Assembly: GCF_008831285.2 (NCBI RefSeq)
Contig: NC_045138.2
Location: 27,900,001-27,964,000 of the forward strand
Source: Nymphaea colorata
Taxonomy: Eukaryota
DNA: 64,000 nucleotides
Reading direction: 5' to 3'
Positions 24,332-43,362 of this stretch are shown in pieces. The notes below the pieces were generated by a model, which saw nothing but the letters and a program-made list of their open reading frames with translations, was not told the DNA's origin and ran no database searches. The first letter of the stretch is position 1. The number at the start of each line of letters is the position of its first letter. A program made the position numbers and the translations under genes.

Positions 24332-26159
24332 TGAAAAATATAGGTGCAAGCGTCTATTTCCCAAGCTCCCTGTAAGAATTGTTCATGTGGCTTGATCAAC
24401 TTTATCTATTGTCAGTCTTTTGTGTCAGTATTCAGCTTTGTGATCGAGTACTCCCTGTTGCTGCCTTAGGCAGTACTAATGATATATAACTTCCTGAAAT
24501 AAAAATTTATGGTAAAGCGTAGGCTTGCTATACTTTTACTTAACAACTATTGTATGATTTTTTTTTTCGTTTTAGAAACCCTCTTGATTCCACTGTCCTC
24601 CTTTCCATCCGCGCCTATATTTACAACTTTTAGTTTCTTGCCATGCATATAAGTGCAGTAGGTAATATGCAACTGCTTCCTCTAAGAAGAACCTTTCCTC
24701 TAAGAAAAGAAATGCAATAACGTAATGTACTTCAAAGTTCAAACAATTGACTGAGAAAACCAAACTTTAGGATATCGATGCTAGTTTCATATCCCGACAT
24801 CCATGGAGGTGTCATGACACAGGGCTTTATTAGAAGCTAAATTTCAAAAAACAACTCTTGAAGAATTAGGATCTGAAATAAAGAAAACGCTTAATTGCTT
24901 AGAAAATAACGATCAAGGCATCACTTAATCATCAACAGATTCGAAAGCAGAGGTCATGTCATCAATGTGCCGTGTGCACTTCCACACTCCAGCCGAGACC
25001 TCCATTTGTCATCTCAGCAACCACCCACAAGCAGCCATGCATCAATTCTTAGTCAACATTTACAGTCACTGTGAAGCTAAGAATTACATCTGTGAACTAG
25101 AACATTTCTCGTCTGGTAATAGATTTGTTGGAACTAATAAATAGGGTTCTCGAGGTTAGGAGAACGAAGTGATCGACATAGATAACTCGTACATATAGCA
25201 TGGGAAAAGAAAGATCGTCAGTCCCCATGGCGAGGGCTTTGGTGTCCAGAACCTCAAACACAAATATTGAAAATTATTAGTGTAGAAGTCCACGGAAGAA
25301 AAATCTAAATTGAAGATACCGGCGAGAAACAGGATACGGAAAAGGAAAAAAAAGTTTCAGGTTCAACAGAAAGGCAGAGACAATCGAGGACCATGATGAT
25401 AACTTTGATCAAAATTTCGGAAAATGGCACGAGGCCTGCCACTTCGTCAGACTCCACTCAGCCTTTTAAGACCTTTCAAATCCCCACTATATCGTTGATG
25501 GAAGCATTTGCAGTCGTGATTGTGATGGAAGAAACATTTCAAAAATTTAGTTTCACATTAAAAATTGTGAAGATTTTCAAGAGCTTATATAGATGATTAT
25601 CCTAGTTTTTAGCTTTTTTTTGGGTTGAAGCTAAAACTATTATGAGTAGAGTTGTTAGGCTACATTTACATGAAATCTTATAAGTTGTAAACAAAAATAG
25701 CCCAACTTTTGCTGGCACAATAAAAACACACTTAAATTTGAAATTCTCTCATTTAACTATGTTTAGTTGTTTTGGTTACCCCCTTAAAAGTTGACGGTGC
25801 TTTGTAAAATTTTTAAGGAGATGCCTTCATAATTAAACTTCTATCTTGTTTATGAATCCCCAAGAAGTAGTTAAAAAACCAAAAGGAATTTATATAAAAA
25901 GGCGATTACTATGCTACATCCTAGAACGCTGGTGACACCGGTTTTCCTCTTGTTCCTATCATCGGTTGGTCGAGAATCCCAAGTCCAGGTCTAACATGAT
26001 CGTAAAAGACAGGACGATCGGATGCGTTTACAGTTCCGCCACGATTGATGGCAGCATTGACTGACTTGCTGCATATTCTGATTGGTCGCGATTTTAGTTA
26101 CTTGTCTGCTAGGCAGGAAAGGGTTACATGCATTCGAATCATATTTACTCCGAGCCATG

Positions 26160-26412
26160 TCCGTCTGTCTGGATGTTTACATATTTGGATTCCAATGTGA
26201 AGAAGAAAAGTCTACACCATATTTGAATATGAATATGAATCCAATTGGACACTTATTTAAATCTGAATTTGGATTGGATCAGATATCCTTTATTTTAATC
26301 TGCATCTGATCTCATCTCTTCACCGGATGTTAATTTTATTTTATGTATCTGATTTTTGTTTAAAGTAGTTCAGTTGAATATTCAATCCAAATCAAATTTA
26401 TTGACATCCCTA
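26160..26412. mobile_element. Probable hAT-type MITE remnant
   Basis: ATCC/GGAT-rich subterminal repeats ending ...TTGACATCCCTA (TAGGGATG-type TIR), inserted between promoter-like sequence and the exon 1 remnant of gene D. Left end not found. Confidence 0.4.
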
Positions 26413-26856
26413 TACGTGACTTCTTCTTGCTTTTGCTTATGTATTCTACTCGTCATGGGACCAAACATGATTGTGCCGGAGCTCCTCCACGTTTGTTTGG
26501 ATGAAGACCTTGAGATTCTCGTCAGAGTTCCACCCTGTTTAGCTACAGTTCAGTTCAAACCTGAAACGGCAATAGATTTTCCAACTCCAAGCCATTGATT
26601 CTACTTGTATTGGTGGGGGTCGATTTTCAACCATTATTCTAAAGTGTGAAACTTAAGTTAAATTATTTGTATTTATTTCCATCATTCCTGGAACCTTATT
26701 TTTATCATTTTATTAAGTTATTTTTTATGTTTTTTGTTAGTTCTTCATTTATTTTACTTTTTTCCTTTTCTTCAAAACTTGGCCCAAAAGGACCTTGGCT
26801 TGTCGTTTAAAAGTCCGCGAGAGAAGTGAATATTTTTCATTAATTTTTAAGCGTTA

Positions 26857-26860
<4 letters not shown>

Positions 26861-26906
<46 letters not shown>
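26861..26906. repeat. (AT)n microsatellite
   Basis: About 23 AT units, directly next to the copia RNase H fragment. Confidence 0.95.
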
Positions 26907-26909
<3 letters not shown>

Positions 26910-27157
26910 CTTTAGATATATTATCCATAGCACATTCACTTTTGGAACTTGATTTGACAGCAACCATTTGTTTCTTACTCTTCCAAAAAACTAAATTAGC
27001 ACCAGCAAAGCAACAGTAACTAGTAGTTGATCTCATGTCATTTTGATCCTGCCTAGTCAAGCTAGTCCAGCTACTCATCACCAACGAAACAACGGTAACG
27101 AGTAGTTGATCTCATCTCATTTTGATTCTGCCTAGTCAAGCCAGTCAAGCTACTCAA
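26907..27157 (-). mobile_element. Ty1/copia RNase H fragment with a short duplication
   Basis: RSTTSYCCFAGANLVFWKSKKQMVAVKSSSKSECAM matches the copia RNase H motif (RSTSGY..F.GGNLISWKSKKQ.VV.RSS.EAEYRAM). An ~55-bp block is repeated at 27023-27077 and 27102-27157. Confidence 0.8.
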
Positions 27158-27568
27158 ATCTATTGGCTTGATGTTTGGGACCGTTAGTAGTGTGTGGCTT
27201 GATCTTTGGGAGACCATCAAGCTAGACAATGCAACTCAAATATATTGGACGGAGAATTTTAGCATTGCACTAACAGGAACCATGAGCGTTTGCCTTGTGG
27301 ACGCTTCAATGGGCGTGCCCTTTATTTCTGGCTTGGAGCTTCGCCTGCTCAGGGATGCCGATGGTTATAAGGTGAATGCCACTTGTTCACTTGTGACCTT
27401 TCAGCTAGACAATGCAACTCAAATGTATTGGACGGAGATTTTTAGCAGTGCTGTAACAGGAACCATGAGCGTTTGCCTTGTGGACGCTTCAATGGGCGTA
27501 CCCTTTATTTCTGGCTTGGAGCTTCACCCGCTCAGCGATGCCGATGGTTATAAGGTGAATGTCGCTTT

Positions 27569-27876
27569 TGTTGGTGTATGAAACTTGATCCATACTAGAC
27601 ACTCATATGCAATACCACGGAAAATTTTCATATATAAGAACATATATGTCATTTTCTACAAATGCAGGTTTGCCCTAATCCTTATGTTTAGAGGATGACC
27701 GCCGCTTCTGTGGGTTGTTCGGTGTGTTTATCTGAGAGAGAATACAAGAGATCTGTGCGACCGTGGACGTAGGAGATTATTGCTTCGAACCACGTAAATC
27801 GTTGTCTTCTTCCTTGTTGCTTATAACCTCTTCTTGAGTGTGCGATCGAGTGTTGTTTTGTGTGTTATTCCTAACA
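27569..27876 (+). mobile_element. Copia-type solo LTR (308 bp) inserted in malectin exon 2 of gene D
   Basis: TGTTGG...CTAACA termini; internal CCGTGGACGTAGG...CGAACCACGTAAAT motif typical of copia LTRs; degenerate 5-bp TSD (GCTTT/ACTTC); exon sequence resumes directly after it. Confidence 0.75.
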
Positions 27877-30797
27877 ACTTCTTCACTTGTGACCTTCTGG
27901 AGAATAGATGTTGGAGGAATTGCACCTGTGAGGTAAGCAACTCCGATTCATCTAGGTTTTCAAATGTGATCCGCTTTCTTTCTTTTCTTCTTGCCTTCAG
28001 GGTGGGGAGTCAATTGTTCATCACGAATCAACATATGAGCAGTGATGAGATCATATCTCCCTTTGCCTTTAATACGACTAACCAGGCCAAAGCCTTTGTC
28101 TTGTATAATCAAGAATGACTTATCAATCAAGCATATCCACAGGTACCTTGATGATAAACACGACAGGATATGAACTGCTGGCTCTGCCGAATACGGCACC
28201 CGCATCAGCACCACCACGAGTCTGAAGCCAGAGCTGTGTCCTCAGTTCGGCCTACCATATGCCGTAATGCGAACGACAGTCAAGTCCTCCGAGCCCATAC
28301 CTATAAGTTTTTCAGGTGGGCCGGATGATTATTACCATTTGGTAATGGACTTTGCCGAGGTACTGCCGGCCACGAGCCGAAGGAACCTGACTATAAAGAT
28401 CAATGGCGATGATTGGTACGGGCCCTTCACTCTCGACTATCGTGACGTGATGGCCATATTCACACAGCATCCCGAGCAGTACGCCCAGTACTCTTTCTCG
28501 GTGGAGGCAAACAACGGACCTGACTATGGCCCCATTTTGAACGCCTTTGAGGTCTTCAGGTTCGTCCGGCCCGGTGGGGCTGCAACTCTTCCTCAAGATG
28601 GTATGTCAATATTTTTATATACTTGAATCAGACATATGCAGAATTGGTCATACTCTTCCTTTCATTGTTTATCTTTTCAATTTTCTAATTTTCTTCTTCC
28701 TGTATTCGGCCTACCTACTTACAAGAGGGAAAAAAAAAAAAAAAAAACACTCAGCGTTTGTTTTCTTTATTTCTTTTTCATTCTTCTCTTATTCATGTAC
28801 ATAATTTATTGGCAGTTGCTGCTATGAAGGCTGTAAAAGATTACTACAAAGTAAACAAGAGTTGGAATGGTGACCCTTGCTTACCCACCGATGCTCCTTG
28901 GGAAGGGTTGACCTGCAACCTCGATAATGCGTCTTCTCCAAGAATAGAAGCTCTGTAAGAGTTTAATTCCACACACACACGCACATGTACAGGCACGCAT
29001 ATTTTAAATATCTATAACAACGAACGAAATGGGACCACATAATCTACTGTGGCATGTGCATCTTGGTTAATAAAATTGACAACGTAATAAGCTGTTCAGC
29101 TACCACATGATACACAAGGTATCGCCACGGAGTTTATTGCAATCTGCATACTGCTTCGACTGATGAAAAACTTGTAATTGGTAGGGATCTGTCTAATAGT
29201 GGACTAAGTGGTGCAATTTCTATCTATCTTTCCCAATTAACGCACTCAGGAAATTGTAAGTGCATAAATAGGCAAGGTATTTTGTTTTGGAATTTTTTAG
29301 CTTTTCCCTTGAACAATCTAATCCTCGTCACAACTCTTCTCTTTGTCTCTGATCAATTTAAGGACTTATCAAGCAATAATAGCATTCAAGGATCGTTGCC
29401 ATCTTTTCTAAACGAGTTGCAGTTTAGTTTTTTTTTTTTTTTTTTTTCAAAGTATTGCCGTCAAGATGGTCAAATTATAAATGACAGCTTTTCTAGTTAC
29501 AGGATGTTTTCTCTTTTTATGTTCAGAGATTTGTCAAGCAATAATTTGTCAGGATCAAATCCAAGTAGTTTGGAAGAAAAGGCGAGAAATGGGGAGCCTT
29601 ATTGAGGTTGGACAAATGACATGCCCAACCTGCATGTTATCAAGTTTTCATATCTTTCCTCCTATTTCTTAACTGTATCAGTACTAACAACAGCCTTTGG
29701 CCGCCCTTTTTTCTTAAGGATCGGGAACAATCTCCAGATATGCGAACGAGATACCTGTAACCAAGAAAAAGCAAGTAGTAAGAAGAGAAATCTGCTAATT
29801 GTAATCTTAGTGGTCTCTTTGTCAGCTGGGCTGCTATAATACTGTCATTGGTGATCATCATAGTCAGCCTGAAGAGAAAACTGAATGGTCTGTTTCTGCC
29901 TTCAACCATATGCTTATAAATTAACGTTGAGGAATTATCTCAAGTGACGGATCACTATGACAATTAATTAGCTAGTCTGCAATTATTTTTCCAATATCTA
30001 CTTAATTAAACTTGGCAGTCATTTTATGAAATGTAGACAATAACCAAGAGGCGCAATCATCACGAGCTGGTGGGAGCAGCAGAACCTTCACTTACGATGA
30101 AGTTGTGGAAATCACCAATAACTTTTGAAGGGTAATAGGCAAAGGGAGATCCTGCACTGTCTTTCATGGCCGACTATGGGATGGACGAGAAGTAGCAGTT
30201 AAATTAATGACAAACCCTTTTTCAGGAGGAATCAAGGAGTACAGTGCCGATGTTAGCATGACAAAAAATGACATTTGCTTTGTTACTGTGTGACAAAAAA
30301 AAAAGTATTTGGTGGTCACTGTTTGCATCTGATTTCAGGTTCAGCTGCTGTTGAAAGTTCACCACAACTTTTTAGTATCTTTTGTTGGGTTCTGTCATGA
30401 AGATCAGAAAATGGTCCTGGTCTATGAGTACATGAAGTAAGGAGATCTGCAGATGCTACTTTCAGATATGGCCAATCCCACAGCGAGAGAGAGACGCCTA
30501 CCAAAATTTTTGTATGGGAGCTTTTCAGATGTGTGGATGTGTATTTTTAACAAATGACAAATTTCAAATCAAATGATATATTCGAAAGGGAGGGAAATTA
30601 AAGACCAACTAAGCATGTACCAAAAACTAATCGAGCAAAAAAACAATAAGTGCATTTCTAAAAAGCATAAGCTAAAGCAACATTTTCAATAATAATAATA
30701 AAAATTGTTCTAAATCAATGAATATGTAAAACAAGTTTTTGGCCTGGAGCATAGAAAAGCACACTAGAACTTAGGAAGCACTGCTCAATTTATGTCA

Positions 30798-30799
<2 letters not shown>

Positions 30800-30837
<38 letters not shown>
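30800..30837. repeat. (CA)n microsatellite
   Basis: About 19 CA units in an intron of gene D. Confidence 0.9.
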
Positions 30838-30839
<2 letters not shown>

Positions 30840-30914
30840 GGGAATTAGACGATGTTAGTGCCTGTTTGTGTTGTATATACGTAGTAGCTACTTAACTTAA
30901 ATTTGAACCCTTTT

Positions 30915-36850
<5,936 letters not shown>

Positions 36851-38651
36851 ACAATTTCTGGATTTTTGTCAATTGAGAAAGCAAATTGCTAACTGCGCCA
36901 CGTAGCCCACTATTCGAAAGGTCCCTGCAGATGAAACATTGAAACCTTCACTCATAAAACCCATTGGTACTGCACAAGGCTCCATCAAAATTAACATTTT
37001 TATGGATGAATAGGAGCTCTCACAGAGAAACTATTCTTGCTGCTGAAGTATTATCGTAGCTACAATTCAGCCCATCCCAAGGAGAATTCTGAGGCAAACA
37101 GGGATCGGCTTTCCAATTTTTCTTTACACCATAGAAAGTTTTGATGGCCTTGATGGCGTCAACTGCAAACAGGAATCCAAAATTAAAATACGAACCAGAA
37201 AAACAAAATGTTTTTGACCAGCTCTACTTAGTACTGTACACCATGGATCGACCAAACATACGTAGAGAACGGTCTAACTAAAAATCAGACCATAAATTGA
37301 TTGAATTCTCATGAGCAATTGGACAAGGAAACAACGAAGGAATCTGAAAAGGCCTCAATCACGTACGTACCATCTCCACTAAGAGTTGCAGATTGACTGG
37401 GCTCGATGACCTTAAAGACCTCAAATGCATTCAGGATTGGACCATAATCAGAGTCACTTGTCACTCCTATGGAAAACGAATACCGGGGATAGTTCATAGG
37501 GTTGGTGGAAAAAACTGCCAAGCTGTTAAGGTAATCTGGAGTGAGGGGATTAACAAAATTAGCATCATTCAACTTTACAGTAATATTCCTTTTGCCTGTT
37601 ATACTCAACAGCTCGGCGAAGTCGGCTACGAAATAATAGCGAGCATCAGGTTCTCTAGGCCACGTTATGAGTATGGGAGAACTGTTCGTGGTCGCGGCTG
37701 TCTGCATTACAGCTGAAGGCAATCCGAACCGCCGGTTCCTATCTTCGTTCACAGTCTGAGTTGTGCTGATAGGAGTGCCATATGAACCTTTATCTGGGGT
37801 CCATATCCTGTCATGAGGATCATCTGGATATCTGTATCACAACCATCAGCATGAAGTCATGAACCAGTCGTAAGGTATGTCATTCGGCATCGATGCACAT
37901 TGCAAAGAAAAGAAAAAAGAAGATAAGAAAGCCACCTTATTTCCCTGGTTGCCCCAACATCTATCCTCATCAACGTTGACAGTGCAATGGAGGCATTGAC
38001 AAGATAAATGATGCCATCATTAAGGGGCCGAAGCTCCAAAGCCGAGATGAAAGGCACGTACCCCGTGGTCTCGACAAGGCACACGCTCATGGATGTCGTC
38101 ATTGCGTGGCTGCTAAACTCAGTCCAATGCATATGAGTCGCATTATCCAACTTGATGGTCTCCCAAAAATCAACCCCAAGGTAGAGGTCGAAGATGGCTG
38201 TAGCATTACTTGACCCTCCCTCATAATTGCCGTACATGAAGTATGCTCGGACCAGATAGTTGGTTCCTTGGTCCACTAGCAGCGTGTAGCAGTTCCTCTT
38301 GTAATGTGGAAAATATCTAAGCGTCCGATAGATCTTAGGCGCATCAGGGAGGAGAGTAGGATCAAGTTGATGGTTGATCCCACCCTCTATGAATCCGCTA
38401 TCGGAGACGTAGTCGAGATTGATGTCACTGGTGTAGCTTGACTTGTCTTCTTCGAGTCCGCAGTCAATACTGATGAAACCTGTCCACAGTCAACTTCATC
38501 GATTGGTTACATGATATATATATAGTAAATTTTATTGCAGGGCTCAATGGATCATCATCCATCTCGTACCACACATCTTTGTTCCATTAGACCTTATCTG
38601 TACTCACAATTTCACGCTCTAGAGAAAATTAGTTTTCGTAGCAGAGACTTC

Positions 38652-38865
38652 AAAAGATCCGTTGGCTAGTGCATCTAAATCATGGGGGCCGTAGAGAAAC
38701 TCAGGTCGTTAGCCCACCGGTCCTGGGCCTCATCTTGGATGCGTCACCCACATGGCAAAATCCCGTTGACCAACACCAATGGATCCAGTTACCACCCCTG
38801 TCAGCAGGTTCAAGCCATGCTGGGTTAGCGACCAATATTACATCAGATCAAACCGGGGTCTCGTT
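38652..38865 (-). mobile_element. Candidate tRNA-derived SINE in intron 1 of gene E
   Basis: Exact 8-bp flanking direct repeat GAGACTTC (38644-38651, 38866-38873). Minus strand has a B-box-like GGCTTGAACCT within ACCCC...GGGGT and ends in TTTT. Confidence 0.45.
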
Positions 38866-40574
38866 GAGACTTCCAGAGATACCGTTCACCGCTTCAAACA
38901 CAAGAAGCACCATAAAAGAACCCTAGCACAACGTGAATTCGTCCATTATCTCATGGTGGACACCAAGGGATCCTAATTATAGGGGAAAAGAACGGAGGCA
39001 GAATCAAGACACTAGCGGACGCCCGCCAGTGGTTGCAGAATATCACTTGGCCTTCCGGTGAAGGAGCAAATTCTTGATAAGCGAGTGAGAGATAGAGAGA
39101 GCCTGATCAAGAATAGAAATGAGAAGATCCAATCAACACGGTGGGGAGGGATCGGAGGGGTGTTCTTACCTTTCTGGGCAGCAACAAGGAGCAGAGTAGA
39201 AGAGTGGCAGAGCAGAAGGAAGATACCAAAAGGGTTGATCATCGTAGACATCGGCAGCGCCAGATGCTGTTTATCTGCGACCTCTCCCGTATGAACAGAG
39301 ACGGCTAACTTCTTATACTTGAAAGCCATTGACGACTAGCATCTTGTAACTGAGAGCCATTGACGGCATCTTGGAACAAGTCAATCCGCTCTTAAAGATG
39401 GTTAGATAGATGTCGCCATCCACTAGTAAGGCCATAGCTTCGTCACATGGCTGACTGCAGGGGCATTTTCTTTTTTCTTCCTCCCAGTGTACACTATTTT
39501 CTATTCGTTTCCAACTTCTTGTGTTTTCTTTTTCATCTCTTCTTGAATCAGAAATATATTAATCATTTGCCATCCGCGTAGTTGACTTGAGTTGTCGAGA
39601 GCCCAATATCAATTCTGCTTCATTATTTGTGGTGAATTTCTAAGGTCGACTTCCACCAGTGAAAGTGTAGAATAGTCATTTAGAGCTGGGCCACAAAGAA
39701 ACCTTCTACAAGGAAAGAAACCATGGAATAGTCGCTTGTCGTTCTCAGATCAATCGTCTTTGTGAGTGTGACCAATTGACATAAATTATATAGCCAAGTA
39801 GTTCGACTGGAGAAAAGGAGTTCTGACACATTGTGTCTTCTCATAGTTGCAGAGCCCGTTCTAGTTAACAAATTGTGCATTAATCGGATTAGTTTGGTGC
39901 TGTTTAATCATGGTTAATATGCTCATGAAGAAAATCATGATTGTTCTGCCATGGCCCATGCTGCCCCTCTTTTTCTTTTTCCTTTTTTTTTTTTTCCCTT
40001 CAAAACTCCCTATCATTCTTTCTGTTTCTCTCTTAGAATGCTTGATGGAGGATTCCCAACCCTCTTTCTTGCCTGGCACTTGGTGACGTTTGCTCAGAAA
40101 TGTGAAGAAACGTTGGTGACGTGAAGCCTTATTTATCTCACGAGTAGTGAACGAAATGGGAACAGTTTTACATGAAGACGATCTAATCAATGAGAAGAAA
40201 CTCTGTGTTCTCTGAATATACATGTTCAAAAATACTGTATATTTGTTTCAAAACATATGGATGGCTTTGATTATTTCTACTCCGTGCTCAAGACATTTGG
40301 ATGGCTTTTCTATTCCTTGGAAAACAGAATTACAGATTTACAGAAACAGAAAAAAAACAAAATGGACCCAGCTTTTTGCTGGTGTACAGTAAAAGGGCAC
40401 TTAAATTTAAAGTAACATATTCAAATCTCTCCCCTCAAAGCTGTGCCCTTTGAAAAGCAAAAAGAAAAGCCTTCACAAACTTTTAGCCGAACGTTAGTTA
40501 ATCCCCAAGAAGTAGGGAAGCAACCAGAATAACTTGCATAACATTAAAAAGGGCGCATGGCAATTAATTTGAGA

Positions 40575-40981
40575 TGGGGTTGCACAACGAGTCCAGCCAG
40601 ATCAAGCTTGATTCAAATTTGTAAGTCTAAACTTAGACTCGAACTTTGCTCATATATAAACGAGTATCATTGAAATGTTAAACGACCCGAGTTTGAGTTG
40701 TAAGAACTCAACTCGACTCAACTACATAATAAATGTTGAATTATAATTAAAAAACAGTTAAACAAGTATCAACTAATGAGTTAATCAAGTTAAACATGTT
40801 AACAAGTTAAAAAAATAAGATATGCTTAACATAAATGAGTTTAACCAGTTAAACGAGTCGAGTTCGAGCTCGACGTTGTATTATCAAGTCAGCTCGACTC
40901 ATGGTCCAGTTCTAGTTTTTTGAGCTGAGCCGAGTTCAAGCTGACTCAACTCAATCTCGATTCAGCTCGTGTGCAGCCCTA
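40575..40981. mobile_element. hAT-type MITE (~407 bp)
   Basis: TIRs TGGGGTTGCACAACGAG / CTCGTGTGCAGCCCTA, many AACGAG/CTCGA subterminal repeats, degenerate 8-bp TSD ATTTGAGA/ATTTAAGG. Confidence 0.75.
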
Positions 40982-41264
40982 ATTTAAGGGCGTCCCGGTT
41001 TTCCTGTTGTTCCCATAGCCTGTTTGTCCATAAGCTAATAGAGGCACCTGCGCATGCTAGCTACGAACTGCCTCATTCTGTCTACAGCCAACCAGAAACA
41101 TACTGAATATATTGGGAATATCTTTAATTTGTAAATGTTATGAATGTGGTTCACAGTTTTTTGCCATAAATCAGAAGTAAAAAGAAATCTTTCTAAAATG
41201 CACCAAATTGATTTTGCTTTCTATATGCAGTCAGCACCATTTATTTAGCTGCAGCTCCTGTAAT

Positions 41265-41674
41265 TAAGTCTGAGCAATGGACCCAGGCACTGGACAGGTA
41301 CTCGGAGCCCACCGGATTGGGTCCGGATCTGAACTCGAAAAAGCTGACCCAGGTCGGCCCGATGGAGCTCGATTCGGTCAGATGGGGCTCGATTCGACCT
41401 GATGGGGCTCGATTCGACCTGATGGGGCTCGATTCAATCTGGTTAATAATTTTTTTATTTTTTTATTATTTTTATTTAATAATATAAATTATAAAAATAT
41501 ATTTTATAATTAAAATTTTTTATTTTATATTTTTTAAAAAATATATTAAAAATGTTTTTTATTTTAATCGGACCAAGTCCAGGCTTAGGTATCGGGTATC
41601 GGAGCCAGCCAGTGCTCGGGTGCCAGGGTTTCACAGGGTTGGGCCGGCCCCGCCCAGCCCGATGCGCAAGTCTA
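41265..41674. mobile_element. hAT-type MITE (410 bp) with an internal 20-bp tandem repeat
   Basis: Perfect 8-bp TSD CCTGTAAT (41257-41264, 41675-41682); empty paralogous site at about 31789; GATGGGGCTCGATTCGACCT-type units at 41381-41440; AT-rich core between GC-rich ends. Confidence 0.85.
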
Positions 41675-43362
41675 CCTGTAATCCTTGACTGAGAATACCA
41701 AGGTCTTAGTTGTAGATGTGGATTACACATTTATTCTTCTTAATTGGAAATTTAGAACGATTGCTTGCATTCATATGTCAAATTGTCAATTTGGGCTTCC
41801 AAGGGCAATGATTTGGTCTGATGTACTTCCTTTTTTTGCTTTATTTTGATTATCTTAAAGGCCTACTACTCAGCCTTAGACAAAAGCGTATTCCTCTTGG
41901 GCAGTAGTATACTTACAGGATTGTTCAAATTGGGCAGCTCTTGTAAAAAAGATAGATTTTCTCCATCGAGGTTGTTTCTTGACAGGTTCCTACAGGACGA
42001 GGAGTGGCAGGGGTGATGATGATGATGGCGACGTTGAATCGCAAACTACTTAGAGCAAGGTGGCTGCTAATTGGACCATGTAGCCTGCTACTTGAAATGT
42101 CCCTGCAAATGAAACCTTATGTCATGAACATTGGTATAGTGAACAAGAACCTGGCCCAGCCAAATTAACATTTTTGAAGAAGGAGACGAACTCTCACAAA
42201 GAAACTATTCTTGGTGCTGAAGAATTCTGGCAGCTACAAGTCAACCCATCCCTTCTGAGGCAAACAAGGATCGGCTTTCCAATTTCTCTTTATCCCGTAG
42301 AAATCTTTGATGTTATTGATGGAGTCAACTGCGAACAGGAAACCGAAAGTAAAAATAAAACGGAATTTATATGGAAAATATGCTACTGGATGGGAACTAT
42401 ATATTTAATAACTTCAACCAATGACCCTCGTCATGTTATAAAAGTCCAGTACTGATTTTCTCGTGATATAAGCTTCAAGAAAGAAGCTACGTACCGTCCT
42501 GGGTTTGAGTTGCCGACCCACTGGGCTGAACCACCTTGAAGACCTCGAACGCGTTCAGAATGGGGCCATAGCTCGTTTTTTCAATTGCCAAATGTGAGTT
42601 GGTTTGTTAATGCTTTCTAAAACCAGAGAGGCCGTCTGAAGGGAGGATGAGTGGCCTCTCTTATAACCACCACCTTTAAATTAAAAAAAAAAATTTAAAA
42701 AATAGCAAAAAAATGAGCAGTTACCTTATTTCTGCAGTCGCTCCGCCGAGTCAGTAAACTTCTTATAAAGGAGGTTACGGGTACGATCTGGGAGTTGGAG
42801 AGGTCGGAGCTCCAAAGCGGAGATGAAAGGGACAGCGGCGGTGGTTTTCACAAGGCATACGCTCATGGTCGTCGTGTTCGCCCGGCTCCCAAACTCCGTC
42901 CAGTACATATGAGTTGCGTTGTCCAACTTGATGGTGTCCCAGAAATCAACACCCAGGTAGAGGTCGAAGCTGAGCGCAGCGTTACTTGCCAGCACTCCGT
43001 CATAATTGCCGTGCATGAAGTATGCTCGCACCAAATAGTTGGTTCCGGGTTCCACTGGCAGCGCGTAGCAATTTCTCTGGTAATCAGGAAAACATCTGAG
43101 CGTCTGGTAGATCTTCGGGATTTTTTTGGGAGCAGCATCAATTTGCTTGTTGACTCCGCTGTCTATGAATTCATTGTCTTAGACGTAATAGAGACCGATG
43201 TCACTGGTATAGGTTGAACCGTCCGGGACACCGCAATCGATGCTGAGAAACCCTGTTACTTACGAATGAGGACAAAAAAAAGTTAAAGTTTGGGAAACTA
43301 TACCCTTTTTGACTCCCCGTTTGTTAGTGACTTCATATACAAGTCGTGGTGAGGATGTGAAT

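Noticed and set aside
22700..25900. Short ORFs in the gene C last intron and the downstream intergenic DNA
   Set aside because: No motifs, low complexity, and the lengths expected by chance
41381..41440. 20-bp direct repeats that superficially resemble a CRISPR array
   Set aside because: Head-to-tail with no spacers, inside a MITE, in eukaryotic DNA
42726..43252. Gene F as a secreted malectin-only decoy receptor
   Set aside because: In-frame stop early in exon 2 (43181-43179) and broken downstream exons; it is a pseudogene
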